DNA of 64,000 nucleotides from Calditrichales bacterium (GTDB taxonomy: Bacteria > Calditrichota > Calditrichia > Calditrichales > J004). Shown piece after piece: positions 30,525 to 40,883 of the stretch. How positions within the stretch are numbered: the first letter of the stretch is position 1; each line of letters starts with the position of its first letter. Under the pieces are notes generated by a model, which was given only the letters and a program-made list of their open reading frames with translations, did no database searches and was not told the DNA's origin. Location: NCBI GenBank assembly GCA_965267575.1, contig OZ254086.1, positions 3,904,001 to 3,968,000 of the forward strand, written 5' to 3'. The translations under genes and the position numbers were made by a program.

Positions 30525-31566
30525 CAAACTCCATTCCCTGCTTTTTCAGGGCTTCTTTTATTTTTGTGATTTCCTTGTTCAGAGCGTTTAGCTCTTTGAT
30601 TTTTTCAGGAAGCTTTCGCAAAGTCACTTCAATTCTGCGTGTTTGCTGTATGGGCAATGCCGGGTAACCAAACATGGTCTCTCCGGGCGGTACATCTTTG
30701 GTAATACCGCTCTGCGCGGCGATGGTGGCCTTATCGCCCACCTTGAGGTGTCCGGCAAGACCCACCTGCCCGGCAATCGTTACCCAGTTTCCCACCTGGG
30801 TTGTACCGGCCATTCCGGTTTGGGCCGCGATTACAGTATGCTCGCCAACCACGCAGTTATGGGCAATCTGTACAAGATTGTCTATTTTGGCTCCCCGCTT
30901 TATAAGCGTTGAACCGGTTGTCGCCCTGTCCAGCGCGCAATTGGCGCCGATTTCAACATCGTCTTCAATGACCACGTTGCCAAGCTGAGGTATTTTATGG
31001 TATTGTCCCTGGTACGGCGCAAATCCGAATCCGTCACTGCCAACCACGGTACCATCGTGAATTACCACGCGCCTGCCGAGAACGCAGTTTTCGCGCACCG
31101 AAACATTGGGATAAAGAACACAGCTGTCTCCTATGCGGGCGTTTTTGCCGATAACCACACCCGGAAATAAAACGCATCCGCTGCCCAGTTGCGCGCCTTC
31201 GGCAATATAGGCGCCGGCGGCAATGTGACAATCAGCCCCAACCGATGCCCCGCTGCTGATAAGCGCCTTACCGGAAATACCGGAAAAGTCCCTTTGCAGG
31301 CCGGGATCAAACATGCGTAATACAAAAAGAAAACCCATATAAGGGTTGTCCACTCTTATATGGGGAATAGGAATGTCCTGGGTCTCGCGATCGACGATAA
31401 CGGCGCCGGCGCGGGTTTCGGACAAATATTTTGTATAACGCTTGTTGGAAAGAAATGTAATTTGGTTACTGCCCGCCTCTTCTATCTTGGCAGGGCCCGT
31501 GATCTCAAGATCTTCCGGACCGTTCAGATCACCCTGAAGCAGACGGGCAATTTCTTTGAGCGTCAT
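30499..31566 (-). CDS. lpxD: UDP-3-O-acylglucosamine N-acyltransferase
   Basis: Hexapeptide repeats, GSDGFGF, KIPQLG, KIDNLVQIAHN. Confidence 0.97.
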   Translation of the reverse strand: MTLKEIARLLQGDLNGPEDLEITGPAKIEEAGSNQITFLSNKRYTKYLSETRAGAVIVDRETQDIPIPHIRVDNPYMGFLFVLRMFDPGLQRDFSGISGKALISSGASVGADCHIAAGAYIAEGAQLGSGCVLFPGVVIGKNARIGDSCVLYPNVSVRENCVLGRRVVIHDGTVVGSDGFGFAPYQGQYHKIPQLGNVVIEDDVEIGANCALDRATTGSTLIKRGAKIDNLVQIAHNCVVGEHTVIAAQTGMAGTTQVGNWVTIAGQVGLAGHLKVGDKATIAAQSGITKDVPPGETMFGYPALPIQQTRRIEVTLRKLPEKIKELNALNKEITKIKEALKKQGMEFDESETGND

Positions 31567-31568
31567 AG

Positions 31569-32093
31569 TTATTTTTGGGACACGCCTTTGTTCAGACTTT
31601 CAAGCACCATTTGGGTGATGTCGTATTCCGGCTTGGCGTGTACAAGAGCGCCCGAGGAAGCATCAAAGATGAAGTCGTAACCTTCGTTCGCCCCAATATC
31701 AGCGATCATATCGTTAATCTTATCGATTATCGGCTGGGCCATTTCCGCCTGCTTTTGATAGAATTCGCCTTCCGGACCGAATTTTTCATACTTATACTGT
31801 TCAATGGTCAGGGCCTTCTGCTGAACCTGACGCATTTTTTCTTCTTTTTTCTCGGGACTCAGCAGTAAGCTTTGTGATTCGATTTCGTCTGCCATCTGGT
31901 TGTATTCCTGAAGCATCTGCTGATATTCAGTCTCATACTTATTGCGCAGCTCGCTGAGTTTTTTCTGTACGGCAACATACTCATCGTACTTAGCCAGAAT
32001 TACCTGGGACTGTACAAATCCGAACTTCTGCGCTAATGCCGGTATCGCAATAAAAAGCACAAGGGCTACCGTGATTAGTTTGTAATATTTCAC
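31569..32093 (-). CDS. skp: Skp/OmpH periplasmic chaperone
   Basis: Signal peptide, KFGFV, helical body, YDFIFD...DIT..V; located between bamA and lpxD. Confidence 0.92.
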   Translation of the reverse strand: MKYYKLITVALVLFIAIPALAQKFGFVQSQVILAKYDEYVAVQKKLSELRNKYETEYQQMLQEYNQMADEIESQSLLLSPEKKEEKMRQVQQKALTIEQYKYEKFGPEGEFYQKQAEMAQPIIDKINDMIADIGANEGYDFIFDASSGALVHAKPEYDITQMVLESLNKGVSQK

Positions 32094-32148
32094 GAATCCT
32101 CCTTCAGTAGAGTGTAAAAATTAACAAGCTTTTAATTTATGGTAATAG

Positions 32149-34473
32149 TTAAAATCTTCCAAATTGAAAGTGCACCTTCCACTTGCCCTGACGATTGCCA
32201 AATTCATCATAGTAATCGAAGCCGTAACCAAAGTCTATCCCGATGATACCGACAAGCGGCATAAACAGCCGGACACCCGCACCAACACTGCGCCGGAGAT
32301 CAAACGGGTTTGTCTCGCTGATCTCGCGCCAGGCGTTACCACCCTCTGCAAACAGCAACCCGAAGATGGTCGGGTTTGGTGCAATCGGAAAACGCAGTTC
32401 AAGGGTTGTTTTGGCCATCGCCTTACCGCCCAATGGCCGGCCGCTGGTCGTTAATGGCCCCACCTGGCCGTCATCATAACCACGCAGACCCTCGGCAAAA
32501 CTGAGGCCGCTGCCGCCCAGGTAGAAGTATTCACCAAAAAGAATGAAAGAGTTTTCCTTCAACTGGTTGATTATACCGTATTTATTCTGGCTGTAAAGCA
32601 CAAGATTAAATGGCAACGGTATAAACCACTCCGAGGTAAAAACACTCTTAAAAAAGTGCTGGTCACCGCCCAAAGGTCCGCCGGACAACTCGTTGAGCAA
32701 GGAATGCGTTGAACCGCGTGTGGGAAATTCCGGATTGTTACGGCTGTCCCGCGCGATTATCTGCGTAAGGCTCAACTGCTGCGTACGGCCCTGGTTGCGA
32801 TAAATGCTGTAAAGATCGGACAGGGTCTGGTCACCGATATTGGTGATAGACGTTTCCGAATAACGGAAAATCCAGTCTCCGCGGAAGTAGTTATCGGGCC
32901 AGCGGAAACGGCGACCCAGCCTTAATGTACCGCCACGGTCGCGCCGCGTCCAGGGATAAAAGCCGCCGCCACTGCGCGTGTTAAAAACGGAGAAACCTCC
33001 CAGGGTCGGGGTGTCGAACAGCCAGGGCTCGGTAAAACTCAGCGATATAGAGCGATAGATCCGGCCAAACTGCCAGTCAAATACAAGGCGCTGACCGCCA
33101 CCGGAAAACGGCGGTGTGATCGAAAAATTATTGAAAGTGAGTCCGATGCTGCCGATCAGGCCGTCACGCTGGCTGAAACCGGCGGACATATTGGCCATAT
33201 CGGTGGATTTCTCTTCCACGCCCCACAGCAGGTTAACATGCTTGTTATCGCCGGGGATCAATCTGACGTCCGGTACAACATTGGAAAAGTAGTTGAGAAT
33301 CATAAGGTCGCGCTGGGATCTCTCCAGCTTGGCGCTGTTGAAGACATCGCCGGGGTGCAGCTTCAGTTCCCTGCGGATCACTTTTTCCTGGGTTTTTGTA
33401 TTTCCGGAAATGATTACTTCTTTGATACGAACAACATTGCCTTCCGATACGGTAAAATTCACGTTGAGCGTATCGTTGTTTACCGGCCTCTCCTGCGGCA
33501 CAATGCTGGCGAAGAGGTAGCCCTGGTTGTAATACATTTTTTGCAGGCGATCGCGGATACCCTCGTCATACTTTTTCTGATCGTAGACGTCGCCCCTTTT
33601 TATGTCCAGAGCAAACAGGAGTTCTTCATCGGTGAATATTTCGTTGCCTTCAAAGGCTATATCGCCAAAATAGTATTTATTGCCTTCGTACACCCATATA
33701 TCGATGTACAGGTCGCGCTTGTCCTGGCTGTAATGAAGTGAATCACGCAGCACTTCCGCGTCGCGGTAACCGTTTTCTTTATAATATTGCACGATCCGCT
33801 GTTTGTCTTCTTCGAACTTTTTTGGATCAAAATCGGCGCTTCTCCACCAGCGGTCTTCCTTGATGTCCTCCATGGCATCGCGCAAATCATCATCATCAAT
33901 CGCTTCATTATCATGAAAAGTGATCGTTTCTACCTGTACCTCTTCACCTTCGTTGATGTTAACGTTCAGGTTGACGCGGTCTTTTTGCGGCGAAGCGCTG
34001 GTATCCATTTTCACGCTGGCCAGCAAGTAGCCTTCATCATGGTATTTTTTTAGCAGCCGTTGGCGCATTTGGGAAATTTTGTAGGGTGTTATTACCATGC
34101 CGCGGTAGGTCTGAAGCTCATCTTCCACTTCACTTTTGGAAAGTTCGTCGTTGCCCCTTATGGAAACTACGTTTAGGCGGGAATACTCTTTTACACGGAT
34201 CAGAACATCGAGCCCGTTAATACTCTGATTAGCCACAAAGACCTGTACATCTTCAAAGATTCGCAACGCCCAGAGATTATGTATGGCGTCCTGGATATCT
34301 TCACCGGTGATCTCCTGGCCGGCACTCAACCCGGAATTAAGCCGGATAGAGCTGGCGTCGGAACTGCTGTTGCCTTCAACGGCGATCGAATTAATTACCA
34401 GTTTTTGTACCTGCGCGGTCAACGGCAGGGTCATTATCAAAACACAAAATAGCGCTTTCCAGAAATTGCGCAC
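32149..34473 (-). CDS. bamA: Outer membrane protein assembly factor BamA
   Basis: POTRA repeats (GN..T...VIRRE), LRGY motif, C-terminal HFQFGRF. Confidence 0.96.
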   Translation of the reverse strand: MRNFWKALFCVLIMTLPLTAQVQKLVINSIAVEGNSSSDASSIRLNSGLSAGQEITGEDIQDAIHNLWALRIFEDVQVFVANQSINGLDVLIRVKEYSRLNVVSIRGNDELSKSEVEDELQTYRGMVITPYKISQMRQRLLKKYHDEGYLLASVKMDTSASPQKDRVNLNVNINEGEEVQVETITFHDNEAIDDDDLRDAMEDIKEDRWWRSADFDPKKFEEDKQRIVQYYKENGYRDAEVLRDSLHYSQDKRDLYIDIWVYEGNKYYFGDIAFEGNEIFTDEELLFALDIKRGDVYDQKKYDEGIRDRLQKMYYNQGYLFASIVPQERPVNNDTLNVNFTVSEGNVVRIKEVIISGNTKTQEKVIRRELKLHPGDVFNSAKLERSQRDLMILNYFSNVVPDVRLIPGDNKHVNLLWGVEEKSTDMANMSAGFSQRDGLIGSIGLTFNNFSITPPFSGGGQRLVFDWQFGRIYRSISLSFTEPWLFDTPTLGGFSVFNTRSGGGFYPWTRRDRGGTLRLGRRFRWPDNYFRGDWIFRYSETSITNIGDQTLSDLYSIYRNQGRTQQLSLTQIIARDSRNNPEFPTRGSTHSLLNELSGGPLGGDQHFFKSVFTSEWFIPLPFNLVLYSQNKYGIINQLKENSFILFGEYFYLGGSGLSFAEGLRGYDDGQVGPLTTSGRPLGGKAMAKTTLELRFPIAPNPTIFGLLFAEGGNAWREISETNPFDLRRSVGAGVRLFMPLVGIIGIDFGYGFDYYDEFGNRQGKWKVHFQFGRF

Positions 34474-34488
34474 CAGATTGCCTCCTTG

Positions 34489-37400
34489 TTAGAATGAAAA
34501 AGAATGTCTCAATCGAACCTTAAAATCTTCCCAATATTGTCTTTCATTCAGGTAGTTGTAATAGCCCATAAACTCCCTGTCATATTCAAACTCGAGCAAA
34601 ATGTTTCGGAAGAACCGGTATTCCAGCCCAAAAGAGTGGTTAAAATCAAAACCCGTTTCCGTGTCCTCATAAATAGATACGAGCTGCCCCGTGTAAGTCA
34701 GATAGATATCCTGTGTAAGGTATTTCCCAACGGTGACTTCGGAACTGGACATCAGGAAAAGGTACGGTACATCCGAATTTAGCAGCGGATTATAGACAGA
34801 CGGCGCGCCTATCGCTTCGTTTTGCCGGCTAAGGCTGCTTACAAAAAGATTGCGCGCGATGCTGGAATTGAAGCGTATCAGGTCCATGCCCAATCCCCGC
34901 TCAAGCGCCCTTTCCAATGGCCGCAATAACGGCCGTATCAGATAGCGTTCCGTGAGCGCTCCGCCTACGTTGGTAGCCTTTTCTTTGATGTTTTCCACAG
35001 AATAACCCAAATACCCGAGCACCTGCTCCTGTGTCTCTCCGATGGTGGGGTCCGCCGAAACAAGCTTAAATTTAAAGTCCTCCCAATTGCCGGAAGGTCT
35101 TTCTTCGCCCGTTTCGGGGTCGATGGCGTAAAGCTCCAGGTAAATGGTTTTGGGTACGGCGCCCACGCTGTCACGGATGGATGTCCAGGCACGGCCCGAG
35201 ACTTCCGGATAGGAACGGTTGCGCAGAAAATCAATACTGAAACGGTCTACTTTAAAATTCTGATCCAGGTATTCAAGACGCCCCCTCGTTGACACCAGAC
35301 CACCCTGCGGAGTAAACGTATTTTCGTCGATGATGCCGCGAAATGTCAGCCCCTCGCTGGCGTCGTCAACACTCAGTTCTGCCTGAACGTTATCTATATA
35401 AGCAGGAATGTCGCGCACGTAGGTAACGTCCTCGCCGGCTTTAACAAGCACATCCCAATCCATGTTACTCAAAAACTGAACCGCCGGAGATGGTTTATCG
35501 CCCGGTTTTCCGGTGGTGATAAAGGGGTAGGTCAATTGGGCATCGTTTAGCGTTAAGCGGCCATACGCCAAAGGGTGTTTGATTGGCCCGGCGAAGTAAA
35601 ATTTTTCATTTTCCGCTTTTCCGGAAAGATGCAGCTGGCCGCCGCGCTCCTCTGTCATAAGGCCGGGGATAAAAAGCCGGACACCGTCGCCGCTTGTTTC
35701 CATGGCCAGAATACCAAAATCAATATCCACCCCCTTAAAGTGCCACGGCTCGAGTTTGCGTCCCGAAGCCGTCGTCAGATCACGGACCGTATTTATGACC
35801 AAAACATTGTCGTCCACCTGGGCCGTAAGATTGTTGATGTCTACCTGGTTGCTGCCCTCCTTCAGAGTAATATGCCCGGCAATGTTTGTAATATGCGGGG
35901 CCACGTCGCGCAGCCACAGTTCGCCGCGCTCCAGCTTAACATCAGCGGCACTCAGCCGGATATCATCGGTCGTGCCCTTGAACTGCAAGCTTATTTCGGA
36001 AAGTGACGCTCCATCACGGAAAAACGGCTCCCAGTGATTGAGCATACCCAGAATGTCGCCGTCAAAATTTACAGCAAGGTCGATTTCATCACTGGTATTC
36101 AGGGGAAAAGAACCGGCCGCCTGTAAATGGTAGCGGCCCTGCTCCATCATGAAGAAGTTCTGTACGATAACCCGGTGATCTTCAAAATCGGTAAAACTGC
36201 CATCGCGACGGATTTCATCATTAAGGGTAATTTGAAGGTTATCAAAAGCGATCCCATCCAGTTCACCGTCCGCTAATTCGGCGGAAAGCTCAAAATAGGG
36301 TCGGTCGGTTTCGCCCTTAAGCCGCGCGTTAAAGCTGGCGGAGCCGGTGACGATTGCCGTATCGATACCCAGTGTTTTTTGCACGGATGCGGCATCCAGG
36401 TCGCGCCCGGCCAGCGCACCGTCAATCTGGCTATTCAGAAAAGACCAGCTGAAATTGCCATCGACTATAGGCTGGTTGTTTCGGAACAGAACAATCGAAT
36501 CTGCCACAAAACGCGTGTGGTCTGCATGGAAATCAACCAGGGGTTGATAGTAGCCCACATCATTAAAAACGAAACGGTCCCCCTGAAGGCGGCCTTTTAC
36601 CAAAGGCTTGTCCAGCGTACCGGTGATATCAATTTTACCATTCAGTTCAGCCTGATAGCGGTAATCGCTGTTGTCATAATGCGAACTCAGCGCGGAATAA
36701 AGCCGCAAGGCATTGAAATTCAGCCTGCCCTGCAGTTGTTCGGTTTTGTTGATATCAAGAAAAAACTCACCGTCTAGCTGATTTCCGAAATTAAAATAGC
36801 TCCCCAAAAATCCGGGGCTTATGTCGGCTTCAAAATCTCCCTTCAAATTGGCAAGGCGTATGCTGCCGTTAATTTTCTTGACCTCTCCAAGCAGGTCCTT
36901 GATAGAGGTGTGCAGGGTAAAGATCGTGTCCGCCTCCGATTTGCGGCCGATAATGACATCACCGGTAAGATCGTTGAGCGTACCGGAGAGCGCTGCCGAC
37001 GTGTTTATGGAAGAAAAAATATCATTTAGCAGTGGCTGCGAAGTAAAAATCTGAAACGGAAAATTGCGGATCTCCGCATTACGGATATTAGGCCTGCCGA
37101 GATAGTCGGCAATGCTTAGCCGGCCTTCCAGACCATCTATATTGCTTTTGTCCAGGTTAACGGACAATTCAACGTTGTCCCCGCTGATGGAGCCGCTCAT
37201 GTCCAGCAGTGTATCCAGACCGGTCAGGGAATAATTCCACGATCCCCTGCTTAATCCTTTTTCAAGGTCAAGTGTCAGGTCCAAGCGCACGTCGTTTATC
37301 GCGTAATTGATGCGGTCCAGCAGCTCGTGCGTATCGGTTTGATAAAGCGTGTTCAGGGCAATATTAAGTCTGCTTTTTTCAAAATCATAAAAGGCTTTGC

Positions 37401-38622
37401 CGCCGATCTCAATCTGATATTGCGCCAAGCTGAGGGTATCCAGCTTTATGCCCTTCTTATCCATAACGGCATGAGCCCGGAATTCGCTGAATTCTTGCTT
37501 GTAAAGGGAAAAACTTTCAGAGAACAATTCGGATTTCAGAACAAAATCGTCCGGAGATAGCGCATAGCTCATATCCAAATCGACGGTGCTGCCATTAAAC
37601 AACTCCACACTCATAAAGCGCGAAAGAGAGCTCACCGCAAAACCGTTCATGCTAATACGGCCTTTAGCTTGAGGTCGAAATACATCTTCCACCATAGCAG
37701 ACAGCCTGAACGGCGTGTTGTGATAGCGACCGGTGGCGGAGTCTATTCTAATCGACTTATCCGCGAATATGATCGTACTGGAAAGCGAGTCAATCGTTTC
37801 GCCTTCAACGCTGAAGCGGGCATTTTCAATCTCCAGTTTACCGTCCAGTTTAAGTGAATCCAGCCTGGAGAGGCTCCCGGCGATCTTGAGATATCCGTTT
37901 GAGGAGCCGCCATCTATGATGACTTCGCGCGTAAGGTGCGGCAACAAGGAATGCTTGAAATCGTAATCTATTATCTGTGTAAGGGCGGCATAAGTTTGTT
38001 GCTGCCTGTTAAGATCAACCTGCAGTTCGAAGTTGGGATCTTCCGTGGAGAATACGTTTCCCGCCACATTGATGATATAATTCTCATCCTGCTTCAAAAG
38101 TTTACCGTTAAGGTTTTGGGCCAGCGCGATAAAATTACCGTCGCGTCTTTCAAAGATAATTTTACCCTCAACAATACGCAGGTGGCGGATGTCAGGCAGG
38201 CGGGTCAGGCTCTCAATTATATCATTACGGCGCACTTCGGGAATCAGCGTATCCGGCTTGTGCGCTTTGTTAAGAAAAATTAATCGGGGCCGGCTGATTA
38301 CAATCTCCTCAATGGCGCTTTGTGGCTTAAAAGAGGATTTTACAAAGGAGAGCAAATTAAAATCGAAGCGTATATTTTCTATCAGCAGCTCGGTCTGCTC
38401 ACCGCCACTAACGTAGGACACATCCTCTATATTTAAAGTGCCCAACCCAATATGCACATGGCGCAGGTCCAGTTGCTGCCCGTCGTCATTGAAAATCTGC
38501 TTGAGCAGATAATCCTTGGCGGGTTCTTCCAAACCGCTTACACGTAAAATAAAGGGTGTGGATACAAGCAAAAGGCTAAACAGACTTACCAGTATGCTTG
38601 CTCTGATAAAAAATTTTTTCAT
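34489..38622 (-). CDS. TamB/AsmA-like large periplasmic protein
   Basis: 1377 aa, N-terminal anchor, repetitive beta-rich sequence, C-terminal VTVGKYL...FGLEYRF...FSF strands; directly upstream of bamA. Confidence 0.75.
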   Translation of the reverse strand: MKKFFIRASILVSLFSLLLVSTPFILRVSGLEEPAKDYLLKQIFNDDGQQLDLRHVHIGLGTLNIEDVSYVSGGEQTELLIENIRFDFNLLSFVKSSFKPQSAIEEIVISRPRLIFLNKAHKPDTLIPEVRRNDIIESLTRLPDIRHLRIVEGKIIFERRDGNFIALAQNLNGKLLKQDENYIINVAGNVFSTEDPNFELQVDLNRQQQTYAALTQIIDYDFKHSLLPHLTREVIIDGGSSNGYLKIAGSLSRLDSLKLDGKLEIENARFSVEGETIDSLSSTIIFADKSIRIDSATGRYHNTPFRLSAMVEDVFRPQAKGRISMNGFAVSSLSRFMSVELFNGSTVDLDMSYALSPDDFVLKSELFSESFSLYKQEFSEFRAHAVMDKKGIKLDTLSLAQYQIEIGGKAFYDFEKSRLNIALNTLYQTDTHELLDRINYAINDVRLDLTLDLEKGLSRGSWNYSLTGLDTLLDMSGSISGDNVELSVNLDKSNIDGLEGRLSIADYLGRPNIRNAEIRNFPFQIFTSQPLLNDIFSSINTSAALSGTLNDLTGDVIIGRKSEADTIFTLHTSIKDLLGEVKKINGSIRLANLKGDFEADISPGFLGSYFNFGNQLDGEFFLDINKTEQLQGRLNFNALRLYSALSSHYDNSDYRYQAELNGKIDITGTLDKPLVKGRLQGDRFVFNDVGYYQPLVDFHADHTRFVADSIVLFRNNQPIVDGNFSWSFLNSQIDGALAGRDLDAASVQKTLGIDTAIVTGSASFNARLKGETDRPYFELSAELADGELDGIAFDNLQITLNDEIRRDGSFTDFEDHRVIVQNFFMMEQGRYHLQAAGSFPLNTSDEIDLAVNFDGDILGMLNHWEPFFRDGASLSEISLQFKGTTDDIRLSAADVKLERGELWLRDVAPHITNIAGHITLKEGSNQVDINNLTAQVDDNVLVINTVRDLTTASGRKLEPWHFKGVDIDFGILAMETSGDGVRLFIPGLMTEERGGQLHLSGKAENEKFYFAGPIKHPLAYGRLTLNDAQLTYPFITTGKPGDKPSPAVQFLSNMDWDVLVKAGEDVTYVRDIPAYIDNVQAELSVDDASEGLTFRGIIDENTFTPQGGLVSTRGRLEYLDQNFKVDRFSIDFLRNRSYPEVSGRAWTSIRDSVGAVPKTIYLELYAIDPETGEERPSGNWEDFKFKLVSADPTIGETQEQVLGYLGYSVENIKEKATNVGGALTERYLIRPLLRPLERALERGLGMDLIRFNSSIARNLFVSSLSRQNEAIGAPSVYNPLLNSDVPYLFLMSSSEVTVGKYLTQDIYLTYTGQLVSIYEDTETGFDFNHSFGLEYRFFRNILLEFEYDREFMGYYNYLNERQYWEDFKVRLRHSFSF

Positions 38623-38752
38623 TAAAATCGATTTTTAATAAATAAGGTCGTTTTTGGTACTCAAACAGCACCGTCGTTGTTCCTGAAAAGCTTTGAAAGT
38701 TAAGGAAATAGAAGGAAAAATTCCACCACCAAGCGGTTATTTTGAGGAAAGG

Positions 38753-38789
38753 AAAAGCCCGGCGAATACGGTCGGCGTCCCGGGCTTTA
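38753..38789 (-). terminator. Probable terminator after the Fe-S oxidoreductase
   Basis: AAAGCCCGG...CCGGGCTTT inverted repeat. Confidence 0.6.
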
Positions 38790-38797
38790 AAATGCGT

Positions 38798-40807
38798 CTA
38801 TTTAATTTTATCAGCGACTATTTCAGCTATATCTCTCACGGCCACTTTCGATTCAAGTTCGGTGCCCGCATCCGTCAGCATAATCATACAAAAGGGACAC
38901 CCTGTTCCAAGCACTTCGGCGCCGGTTTTTTCGGCTTCCCGGAAGCGGTTTCGGCGCACGGCATCATTACCTTCTTCTTCTTCTTTCCACATCTGAGCGC
39001 CGCCCGCACCGCAGCAGAAACTGCGGTTGCGGTTACGGGGCATTTCGCTGAGCGTGCTGCCGCTTTTTTGAAGCCCTGCGCGTGGCGCATCGTAGACGTT
39101 GTTGTGGCGTCCCAGATAGCAGGGGTCGTGAAAAGTAACTTTGCTGCCGTTTTCTTCATTAAGCTGCAAAGCGCCGCTTTCGATAAGCTCGTTAATAAAC
39201 TCGCTGTGGTGCACCACTTCCAGGTTGACACCAAACTGGCTGTATTCGTTTTTAAGTGTGTGCAGGCAGTGCGGACACGTCGCCACAATGCGCTTTGGCT
39301 TCACCTCATTTAATGTTTCCGCGTTGCCTTCGGCCATCATGGTAAACAGATATTCATTGCCGGAACGGCGCGCGCTGTCTCCGGTACAGCTCTCTTTATT
39401 GCCAAGAACAGCAAAGTTGACATTGGCCTTGTTCAAAATTTTTGTAAAGGCCCGTGCAATACGCTGACCCTTTTGCTCAAAAGCGCCGGCGCAGCCCACC
39501 CAGTACAATACATCAAAATCAGGGTTTTCATCGACTGTTTTGACGCTGATCTCCGGATCGTCCTTCACCCACTTCAGGCGGTCTTCGTTGATGTTCCATG
39601 GATTCTGGTTACGCTCCATGCCATTAAAGGCGCCCTGCAGCTGCTTGGGAAAATCCGATTCCATCAGCACTTTATCACGGCGTATGTTAAGGATATCGTA
39701 CATCGGTTCGTTGCCCACCGGACAAATTTCAACACAGGCAGCGCAACTTGTACAAGCCCAGATGGCGGAATCGCTGATGGCGTATTCGGCTAGGCTTCCG
39801 CCCACCTCTTCTCCGGCCGCAAGCTTTGCACCATTCTCATTGAGAAAGATTCTTTTGTTAACTTCCAGCGCCGCCGGGCTGAGCTCCTTGCCGGTTACAT
39901 ACGCGGGACAAACATCCTGGCACCGGTTGCACATGATGCAGGCGTAGGCGTCAAGGATATTTGTTTTATCAAGATGCTCCATCCTGGCAACACCGAATTG
40001 TTCAGCATCTTCCGCTTCAAAATCCAGGCGCTCCATTGTGCCGGGCGCGCTACGCTGTGGCCGCGTCATATAATTGACCGGGCCCATAAAAAGGTGGGCA
40101 TGCTTGCTGTACGGGAAATAGGGCATAAACGCAAAGATCAGACCCAGCGCCATCCACCAGGAAACATGTATCATGAGGTCAATACTTGCCGCGTCAAGCC
40201 CGCCCCAAACCAGGGAAACGGCAGAGGCAAGCGGCTGCCAGGCGTCACTGCCCCGCGAGGCAATCGTAAAGCTTTCTCCCAAAAAGCGGAAGCCCACATG
40301 CAAAATTATAAAAAGGCCGACGATCAGCGAATCGTTGCGGATTTTTGAAGCAGCACCGGGGTGCAGTAAAACTTTGTCCGTAAAGGTTAGACGCGGACTG
40401 CCGGTAACGAAGCGGCGCACCATAAAAATCACCATGGCGCCGACGGCAAGGACGCTGAAAACATCTACAAAAAGGCGGTAAATATTGCCCACCACACCCT
40501 GGCCCAAAAAATGGAATCCCGCAATAAAACCGGTGAGGATATCGCCAAGGTTAACCAGAAAATAGAGAATAAACGCCCAGGCGATAAGTGCGTGGAAGAA
40601 GCTGAGCAGTGGCCTGTTGTTTAAAACCGTTTTTTGCGAAAAAAGTACGGAAAGGGCTTTACCAAGACGTGGTATCAGGGGCTTGAAGTGCAGTTTGCCC
40701 TGGCCCCTGTTGATCACTTTGGCCATAATATTGAAAGAACGGTAGGCCAAACCGAGAGACACTAGTGCAACGATTACAAAAATGACTTTTTCGGGCATGC
40801 TCAGCAT
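38798..40807 (-). CDS. Membrane-bound Fe-S oxidoreductase (FadF/HdrD-like, two CCG domains)
   Basis: N-terminal TM helices, CIMCNRCQDVCP, CTSCAACVEICP, VGC, CPHC, HDPCYLGR, CCGAGG. Confidence 0.92.
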   Translation of the reverse strand: MLSMPEKVIFVIVALVSLGLAYRSFNIMAKVINRGQGKLHFKPLIPRLGKALSVLFSQKTVLNNRPLLSFFHALIAWAFILYFLVNLGDILTGFIAGFHFLGQGVVGNIYRLFVDVFSVLAVGAMVIFMVRRFVTGSPRLTFTDKVLLHPGAASKIRNDSLIVGLFIILHVGFRFLGESFTIASRGSDAWQPLASAVSLVWGGLDAASIDLMIHVSWWMALGLIFAFMPYFPYSKHAHLFMGPVNYMTRPQRSAPGTMERLDFEAEDAEQFGVARMEHLDKTNILDAYACIMCNRCQDVCPAYVTGKELSPAALEVNKRIFLNENGAKLAAGEEVGGSLAEYAISDSAIWACTSCAACVEICPVGNEPMYDILNIRRDKVLMESDFPKQLQGAFNGMERNQNPWNINEDRLKWVKDDPEISVKTVDENPDFDVLYWVGCAGAFEQKGQRIARAFTKILNKANVNFAVLGNKESCTGDSARRSGNEYLFTMMAEGNAETLNEVKPKRIVATCPHCLHTLKNEYSQFGVNLEVVHHSEFINELIESGALQLNEENGSKVTFHDPCYLGRHNNVYDAPRAGLQKSGSTLSEMPRNRNRSFCCGAGGAQMWKEEEEGNDAVRRNRFREAEKTGAEVLGTGCPFCMIMLTDAGTELESKVAVRDIAEIVADKIK

Positions 40808-40883
40808 AAGTGCGAACCTCGCTTTTTAGGATGGCTAAAGCCCTAAGATATTCAATTAAAAAATCGGGTACAAAAGGAAGGCG

